Shown piece after piece: positions 58,118-64,000 of a stretch of 64,000 nucleotides of DNA; the first letter of the stretch is position 1, and every line of letters begins with the position of its first letter. Location of the stretch: NCBI GenBank assembly GCA_031414595.1, contig JANNVX010000026.1, forward strand, positions 1 to 64,000, read 5' to 3'. Under the pieces are notes generated by a model. The model saw only the letters and a list, made by a program, of their open reading frames with translations. It was not told the origin of the DNA and did no database searches. The DNA is from Deinococcales bacterium (GTDB lineage: Bacteria; Deinococcota; Deinococci; Deinococcales; JAAFIG01). The position numbers and the translations under genes are program-made.

Positions 58118-58279
58118 AGCTTAACTAAGTACAACCCCGAAATGTTTTAGAGTTTTGTTCCTAAAACATTTCCGACTAACAGGAGTAAGGGCAACGTATC
58201 TCACGCCGAAATGACAGAATTGCCGCTTTTTGAAAATTCTAAATGAAGGCGTGAGCTACTTAGGCTGTAAAATACTGGT

Positions 58280-58939
58280 ATGAATGTTGAGCGGCTAACC
58301 CAGTTTTTAATCGAATTGCAGTTTTCTAACTCTAAAGTTTGGTTCGACGCTCACCGACCCGAATATCAGATTCTTAAACTCGAGTTTATTGAATTGGTGA
58401 CACGTTTAATCACTGAAATTACAAAGTTTGACTCGAGTGTCAAAGGTGTAATCGCCAAAGACACGCTCTTTAGAATCAACCGCGATATTCGTTATAGCCA
58501 CAATAAAAATCCGTACAAAACGCATTTTAGTGCGGCTATTGCATCAAATGGGCGGCACTCGAGCCTCCCGATTTACTATTTGCAATTGGGAATAGAAGAA
58601 TCCGTTGTGGCTGGCGGAATTTACCTACCCGAGCCGCCGCAGCTTGCAGCGCTACGGCGGTACATAATGCAGCACCCGCAAAAAGCCGAGGCACTACTTA
58701 AAAATAAGGTTCTACTCGAGCAATTTAGCGGTTTGGACATCCAGCATATCCTAAGCAGATTCCCCAAGGGATTCCCTGAAGGCTCGAGCCTACTCAAATA
58801 CAAGAGTTTTACCGTCAGTCAGACCTTTGATGCCTTAGCGCTTAACCCAAGCGAACTCGAAGCGTTTATTATCTCGAGCTTTAAGAAAATGCAGCCATTA
58901 CACAAATGGTTACGCCAAGCCCTGACTTTTCTTGCATGA
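58280..58939 (+). CDS. DUF2461 family protein
   Basis: N...WF..HR..Y, FRINRDIR.S.NK.PYKT, GG.Y.P. Confidence 0.85.
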   Translation: MNVERLTQFLIELQFSNSKVWFDAHRPEYQILKLEFIELVTRLITEITKFDSSVKGVIAKDTLFRINRDIRYSHNKNPYKTHFSAAIASNGRHSSLPIYYLQLGIEESVVAGGIYLPEPPQLAALRRYIMQHPQKAEALLKNKVLLEQFSGLDIQHILSRFPKGFPEGSSLLKYKSFTVSQTFDALALNPSELEAFIISSFKKMQPLHKWLRQALTFLA

Positions 58940-58975
58940 ATTTTGGCTCATAAAAACCAATATAGGATTGAAACA

Positions 58976-60385
58976 ATGACCAAACAAATCACGATTTTAC
59001 ACACCAACGATATTCATGGACGAATACAAGGACTAGCTCGAGTTGCCACGCTGGTTGCCGAGGCGCGAGAAAACACACCTCATCCAGTGCTGTACTTTGA
59101 CGCTGGCGACATTGAAGAAACCAATACGCGCCTCTCGAGTTTAACCAAAGGTGTTGCCATGCACCGTTTACTCAGTGCGGCTGGCTGTAATGCGGCTGCC
59201 ATCGGTAATGGTGGGCTGCTGCGCTACTCCCAGAACATCCTCGAGCAGTACGCCAAAGCCGCGAGCTACCCGCTTTTTTTAGCCAATCTGGTCATGGCAG
59301 ATGGCTCGAGCATTGCTGGTGTGCAACCAAGTGGAATACTCGAGGTGGGTGGTGTAAAACTGGGTTTAATTGGGCTAACCGACCCTTTTGAAGCCTACAC
59401 CGATTTTTTTGGTATGACTGCCCTCGAGATTATTCCAACAGTTAAAAAACTAGCTGATGAACTGCGTTCTCGAGGCGCAGATTTGATTATTGTGCTGTCG
59501 CATTTGGGTTGGCAGCATGGCGAACCACACACTGACAGGTTCAATGACCAGATGCTTGCAGAGGCTTTACAAAACGAAATTGATTTGATTATTGGCGCTC
59601 ACACCCATCATTTACTCGAGAATGGCAGGCAAGTCGGACGGGTTTGGGTGGCGCAAACAGGCAATTATGCTGAGCATCTAGGACAAATCGAACTCGAGCA
59701 AACAGAACATGGCTGGTCGGTAAAAACTTGTAGTACCACCGCGATTCACGGGGATACAGAACCCGCTAAAATCATCCTCGAGACCGAGCAACAAATAGAA
59801 GCCGAACTCGAGACTTGGCTATCAGAACCACTTTGCACCCTCGAGACCGACTTGAATTATGCTCCAAGCACTGAATGTGCCGCAGGGAATTTGCTCGCCG
59901 ATGCACTTCGTGATTACTGGAATACCGACATTGGCGTTTGCCTCGGCTTAATTGGCTTTAGCAGTGGACTCGAGGCTGGAATAATCACTCGAGGGGCAGT
60001 TTTTGAACGGGTCACCAGTGCTGCCAATCCTGCACGAACCACCATGTACGGCTGGCAAATTATCAAAATGCTTTCCCTTGGTTTAGATGCAAAAAAAGCA
60101 GCCGAGAAACCTAAACACCACCGAGGCGCAATGCGCGGAATGCTGCACCTCTCAGGGATGAAACGCGTTAATAATCAATGGTTTATTGGCAATACGGCGC
60201 TTGTTCTCGAGCAAGCATACTCTGTTGCCACCAGCGATGCCGAAGTGAACTTTAGCACCAGTTTAGTCCAAAAAGATTGGCAACTTGAGGTGAAATATCA
60301 TGCGGATGTGATTATGAACGAAGTTCTCGAGCAGTACATGGTTAAACACGAACGGATTGTGCCTGAGAATCGGCGGATTTTTTGA
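58976..60385 (+). CDS. Bifunctional metallophosphatase / 5'-nucleotidase family protein
   Basis: ILHTNDIHG, DAGD, LSHLG, IIGAHTH. Confidence 0.88.
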   Translation: MTKQITILHTNDIHGRIQGLARVATLVAEARENTPHPVLYFDAGDIEETNTRLSSLTKGVAMHRLLSAAGCNAAAIGNGGLLRYSQNILEQYAKAASYPLFLANLVMADGSSIAGVQPSGILEVGGVKLGLIGLTDPFEAYTDFFGMTALEIIPTVKKLADELRSRGADLIIVLSHLGWQHGEPHTDRFNDQMLAEALQNEIDLIIGAHTHHLLENGRQVGRVWVAQTGNYAEHLGQIELEQTEHGWSVKTCSTTAIHGDTEPAKIILETEQQIEAELETWLSEPLCTLETDLNYAPSTECAAGNLLADALRDYWNTDIGVCLGLIGFSSGLEAGIITRGAVFERVTSAANPARTTMYGWQIIKMLSLGLDAKKAAEKPKHHRGAMRGMLHLSGMKRVNNQWFIGNTALVLEQAYSVATSDAEVNFSTSLVQKDWQLEVKYHADVIMNEVLEQYMVKHERIVPENRRIF

Positions 60386-60411
60386 AATTTAATCAAACTT
60401 GAAAACTCTAG

Positions 60412-60440
60412 TTGACAAATAGGGCAAAATGCCCTATAAT
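60412..60440 (+). promoter_or_regulatory. higBA promoter with operator
   Basis: TTGACA-17-TATAAT; palindrome ATAGGGCA-AAA-TGCCCTAT (60419-60437). Confidence 0.85.
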
Positions 60441-60446
60441 TCTTTT

Positions 60447-60782
60447 GTGAATGTCGTCAGTCGTAAAAAACTCATCGCCTTTTGGCTAAGGTATCCTGAA
60501 TCTGCCGAACCATTAGCCATCTGGTATCGAGCTTTACGAAAATCGCGCCCCAAACATTTTGCCGAACTCAAAACTATTTTTAATGGTGTTGATGTGGCTT
60601 CCAAATACACAATTTTTGACATTGGCGGCAATAAATTCAGAGTGATTGTTATTGTTGATTACACCAATTCATTTGCCAAAATACGTCATGTTTTTACACA
60701 CCACGAATACGATTCGTGGAATGCCCAAGCAGAACATAAACTCGAGCAAAAATCGAAGAAAAGGAAATGCTATGATGCCTGA
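60447..60782 (+). CDS. higB: HigB toxin
   Basis: L..FW, FDIGGNKFR.I, THHEYD; leaderless GTG. Confidence 0.9.
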   Translation: MNVVSRKKLIAFWLRYPESAEPLAIWYRALRKSRPKHFAELKTIFNGVDVASKYTIFDIGGNKFRVIVIVDYTNSFAKIRHVFTHHEYDSWNAQAEHKLEQKSKKRKCYDA

Positions 60783-61185
60783 AATCAATCAAATTATTCA
60801 TCGCTGGGAAGCCTTCTCAAGTGTCGCCCAAGACTTTCTAAAACCCATCTCGAGTGAAGCAGAATTTAATGCCGCCGAAGCATTACTCGATGAAATCTCT
60901 GACCGTATGGAATCCGCCAACGACCCTAAATACAGCGCATTGTTCCAATTACTTGCCGAACGTATGTATGTCTGGGAAGAAGCAAACATTCCAATGCCAG
61001 AAGTCACACCACAGCAAACCCTAAAATTTTTAATGCAGCAACACAACCTTATACAAACTGATTTAAGCAACCTTGTAGACCAATCCACATTATCCAAAAT
61101 TCTTCGTGAAGAACGAGAAATCAGTAAAAGCCTAGCCAAAGCGCTCGCCAAGTATTTCCAAACCAATATCGAAGTGTTCTTATGA
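60772..61185 (+). CDS. higA: HigA antitoxin
   Basis: PI.SE.E, LKFLM.QH.L.Q.DL, SKIL..R.ISK. Confidence 0.88.
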   Translation: MMPEINQIIHRWEAFSSVAQDFLKPISSEAEFNAAEALLDEISDRMESANDPKYSALFQLLAERMYVWEEANIPMPEVTPQQTLKFLMQQHNLIQTDLSNLVDQSTLSKILREEREISKSLAKALAKYFQTNIEVFL

Positions 61186-61323
61186 TGCTCCAAACTTCGC
61201 GGTTACTCTTTATTCATCCCAGCCCAGAATTGCTCGAGAAATCATAATGTCTTGTGTAACACTGGGGTTTTTAATCTCGGAACGCCATAATCTAAGACTC
61301 GAGGCTTTCGAGGTAGGAGAATC

Positions 61324-61857
61324 ATGAATCCAGATTTGCGTTATCCAATTGGTGAATTTCAAAGTAAACAAGCCTACTCGAGCCAAGAACGCAGTGCTTT
61401 TATTGCAGAATTAGCCCTAGCACCCGCACAATTAAAAGCGGCGCTCAAAGGCTTAACGCTTACTCAACTCGAGACCCCCTACCGAGAAGGAGGTTGGACA
61501 GTGCGTCAAGTGGCACATCACTTGCCAGACAGCCACGCCAATGCCTATATTCGGATTAAACTGGCGCTGACCGAAACACAGCCAATCATTAAGCCGTACA
61601 ACGAAGAAGCATGGGCATTACTCGAGGACACCAAAAACGTACCTGTAGATGTTTCGGTGCAGATGCTGGGGGCGATTCATCTGCGCTTGGTGGCGTTGCT
61701 TGAAACGCTGACCGAAGAACAATGGACTCGAGCTTTTCAGCACCCAGTAGGTGGGCTAACCAGTGTTGAAAAGGCTTTGGCTTTGTATGCTTGGCATGGG
61801 AAAAATCATATTGCCCAAATTCAAAATCTGAGGCAGCGTCTCGGTTGGGTCGCATGA
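61324..61857 (+). CDS. YfiT/DinB-family bacillithiol transferase
   Basis: DLRYPIG.F, YREGGWTVRQV.HHL.DSH, YAWHG..H. Confidence 0.9.
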   Translation: MNPDLRYPIGEFQSKQAYSSQERSAFIAELALAPAQLKAALKGLTLTQLETPYREGGWTVRQVAHHLPDSHANAYIRIKLALTETQPIIKPYNEEAWALLEDTKNVPVDVSVQMLGAIHLRLVALLETLTEEQWTRAFQHPVGGLTSVEKALALYAWHGKNHIAQIQNLRQRLGWVA

Positions 61858-62549
61858 AAATCATTGGTTTAATTGGCGGTATGAGTTGGGAATCCAGCGC
61901 CCAATACTATAAAATTATCAACCAAGCGGTGCGGGACAGAATTCATCCGCTCGAGAACGCCAAAAGCCTGATGTTTACCGTCAATTTCCATGAAATCGAG
62001 CGTTTGCAACAAGCTGGGGCTTGGGAAGAAGCTGGAAAAATTCTGGCGGATGCGGCTTTACGGCTCGAGGCTGGCGGGGCAGATTGTATTGTGCTTTGTA
62101 CCAACACGATGCACAAATTAGCCAATTTTATTACCGATGCTGTGGGTATTCCGATGCTGCACATTGCCGATGCTACAGCCAAAGCCGTAGTAGCACAGGG
62201 CATCAAACGTATTGGCTTACTTGGTACGGGTTTTACAATGGAACACGAATTTTATAAGGGTCGGCTCGAGCAGAACTTTGGACTCGAGGTGATAACCCCA
62301 GCAAAACCAGACCGCGACATTGTGCATGGCATTATTTACAACGAACTCTGTGCGGGAATGGTAAACCCAAGCAGCAAACTCGAGTACATTCGGATTATGC
62401 AAAACCTTGTACAAGCTGGCGCGGAAGGGATTATTCTTGGTTGTACCGAAATCATGTTGTTGGTTGGGCAGGCAGACTCGAGTGTGCCAGTCTTTGACAC
62501 CACCACACTACATGCTTTGGCGGCTGTGGATTTTGCTTTAGTGGGCTAG
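61854..62549 (+). CDS. Aspartate/glutamate racemase family protein
   Basis: IGLIGGMSWES, CTNTMH, ILGCTEI. Confidence 0.93.
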   Translation: MKIIGLIGGMSWESSAQYYKIINQAVRDRIHPLENAKSLMFTVNFHEIERLQQAGAWEEAGKILADAALRLEAGGADCIVLCTNTMHKLANFITDAVGIPMLHIADATAKAVVAQGIKRIGLLGTGFTMEHEFYKGRLEQNFGLEVITPAKPDRDIVHGIIYNELCAGMVNPSSKLEYIRIMQNLVQAGAEGIILGCTEIMLLVGQADSSVPVFDTTTLHALAAVDFALVG

Positions 62550-62615
62550 GTTTTTTGCTCAGGCTCGAGTAGCATCAAGGGTTCAATTTTATTGAGCGCA
62601 AGAGTAATATAAACC

Positions 62616-63395
62616 ATGTCTTATAAAAACCTATTTAGTCTCGAGGGAAAAACCGCCGTTGTTGTCGGGGCAGCCAGTGGAATCGGACAAGCCGCCGCCA
62701 AAGGCTTAGCTGATTTTGGTGCAAAAGTGATTGTGGCAGATATGAATCTCGAGGGGGCAAATGCAACCGCCCAGATGATTCGAGAAGCTGGCGGTCTTGC
62801 TGAAGTACGAATAGCCAACTTAACGGATGCCTCGAGTGTAGAGGCTTTATTTGAGGGTCTGGAAAAAGTAGATGTGCTGGTTTGTACCCCAGCCATCAAT
62901 GTCCGCAAACGCTTACTGGATTACACTGATGAGGAGTTTGATAAAGTTGTCAATCTCAACCTCAAAGGCAATTTTAGGTTGCTGCGCCAAGCAGGGCGTT
63001 TTATGAAAAACCAAGGTTCAGGTTCAATTATTGTCTTCTCGAGTATCCGCAGTTTAGTGGTTGAACCCGGACAAGGAATTTACGCCGCCACCAAAGCAGG
63101 CGTGCTGCAAATTGTCAAAACCTTAGCCGCCGAACTTGCCGAATACGGGGTACGAGTCAACGCCATTGGACCCGGAGTGGTCAACACACCCTTAACCGCG
63201 CCAATTAAAAACAACCCCGAATGGTACGCCGCCTATGCTCAAAAAAGTGCGCTTGGGCGCTGGGCAGAAGTGGATGAAATGGTCGGACCAGTCATTTACC
63301 TTGCCAGCCAAGCCTCGAGTTATGTGACCGGCACAATTCATTTTGTGGACGGCGGTTGGACAGCCATAGATGGACGGTTTACACCACCGCTTTAG
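62616..63395 (+). CDS. SDR oxidoreductase
   Basis: GAASGIG, YAATK, VNAIGPG, VDGGW. Confidence 0.93.
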   Translation: MSYKNLFSLEGKTAVVVGAASGIGQAAAKGLADFGAKVIVADMNLEGANATAQMIREAGGLAEVRIANLTDASSVEALFEGLEKVDVLVCTPAINVRKRLLDYTDEEFDKVVNLNLKGNFRLLRQAGRFMKNQGSGSIIVFSSIRSLVVEPGQGIYAATKAGVLQIVKTLAAELAEYGVRVNAIGPGVVNTPLTAPIKNNPEWYAAYAQKSALGRWAEVDEMVGPVIYLASQASSYVTGTIHFVDGGWTAIDGRFTPPL

Positions 63396-63472
63396 GCTAT
63401 AAAGACCGAATGTTATACTGCTCGAGTTCGTAAATGATTTTTTGGTCGCAGTAAACTCTGAATGTCGCTTAT

Positions 63473-63883
63473 TTACAAGAAAACATTGATGGGAACACCA
63501 AAATAACGAGCCAATTTCTGCGCCACCCGTTTGCTGATACCTCGCTGACCACTTAGAACTTGCGAAAGTGTGGATTGGGCAATAATTCCTGCTTGCTCGA
63601 GTTGCTTTTGAGTCAGATGACGGTCTTGCATCAGGCTGGCTAAGGCATCTCGAGCGGTTGGGATTTCTTTTGCCCATGGATCAAATTGATTTTCCCACTC
63701 GAGCATATAAGTTGCAATCAAGTCAATCAAAGCACCCCAAATTGGGTCATTCATGGGATATTGACTGGTTAATTGCTGCATCAAATCATGTAACTCGAGG
63801 TATTGTTGTTGGTTATGTGGTCGTTTAATTTGGGCGGCGGCTTGAAATTCTAACCAGTGGTGTTGAAATTGTTGAATGCTCAT
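63473..63883 (-). CDS. higA: HigA-like antitoxin
   Basis: L..LM..R.LTQ..L, STLSQVLSG.R.IS...A.KL...F. Confidence 0.85.
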   Translation of the reverse strand: MSIQQFQHHWLEFQAAAQIKRPHNQQQYLELHDLMQQLTSQYPMNDPIWGALIDLIATYMLEWENQFDPWAKEIPTARDALASLMQDRHLTQKQLEQAGIIAQSTLSQVLSGQRGISKRVAQKLARYFGVPINVFL

Positions 63884-64000
63884 AGTGGTCTTCCTTGTTT
63901 ATTCCAAAAAGTGTATTCTTTATGGGTCAGAATGAGCTTGATAAAAGCAACATTTGAAGCAAAATTGAGGCTGCAAATCACACGGTATTTATTTCCACCG
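63880..64000 (-). CDS. higB: HigB toxin C-terminus (partial, begins beyond window)
   Basis: Minus strand reads GGNKYRVICSLNFASNVAFIKLILTHKEYTFWNKQGRPL*, overlapping the higA ATG. Confidence 0.85.
   Translation of the reverse strand, partial: GGNKYRVICSLNFASNVAFIKLILTHKEYTFWNKQGRPL

Overview
Bacterial chromosomal window, most likely from a low-GC member of the Deinococcota. This is inferred from Deinococcus-like core proteins and from many leaderless genes with a TANNNT -10 box 5-8 nt before the start codon. The hexamer CTCGAG is very strongly over-represented throughout. From left to right: (1) the edge of an IS5-like element; (2) a Tn7-like transposon (tnsABCD plus a convergent tnsE-like gene) whose tnsA-proximal end is interrupted by an IS630 element; (3) housekeeping genes (pepF, argR, mdh, carbonic anhydrase + sbtA); (4) a 13.2-kb island bounded by 37-bp imperfect inverted repeats, with no transposase inside; (5) more core genes (pyk, eno, plsY, dnaG); (6) an NrtR-led NAD/ADP-ribose operon; (7) a purine/nucleoside ABC uptake and salvage operon, fabF, and three HigBA-type toxin-antitoxin loci, one with a deleted toxin. 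The island in (4) is the best candidate for an undescribed system. It carries what looks like a lipoprotein-anchored polymorphic toxin locus: a WD40 lipoprotein, a 1387-aa Ig/ZU5-like carrier with a C-terminal RNase-like toxin, Zn-ribbon immunity genes and downstream signal-peptide-bearing toxin cassettes. A multiheme cytochrome and a subtilase follow on the same strand. Two apparent recombination junctions in the window fall on CTCGAG sites. No rRNA, tRNA or CRISPR array was recognised. All family assignments come from motifs recognised by eye, not from database searches.
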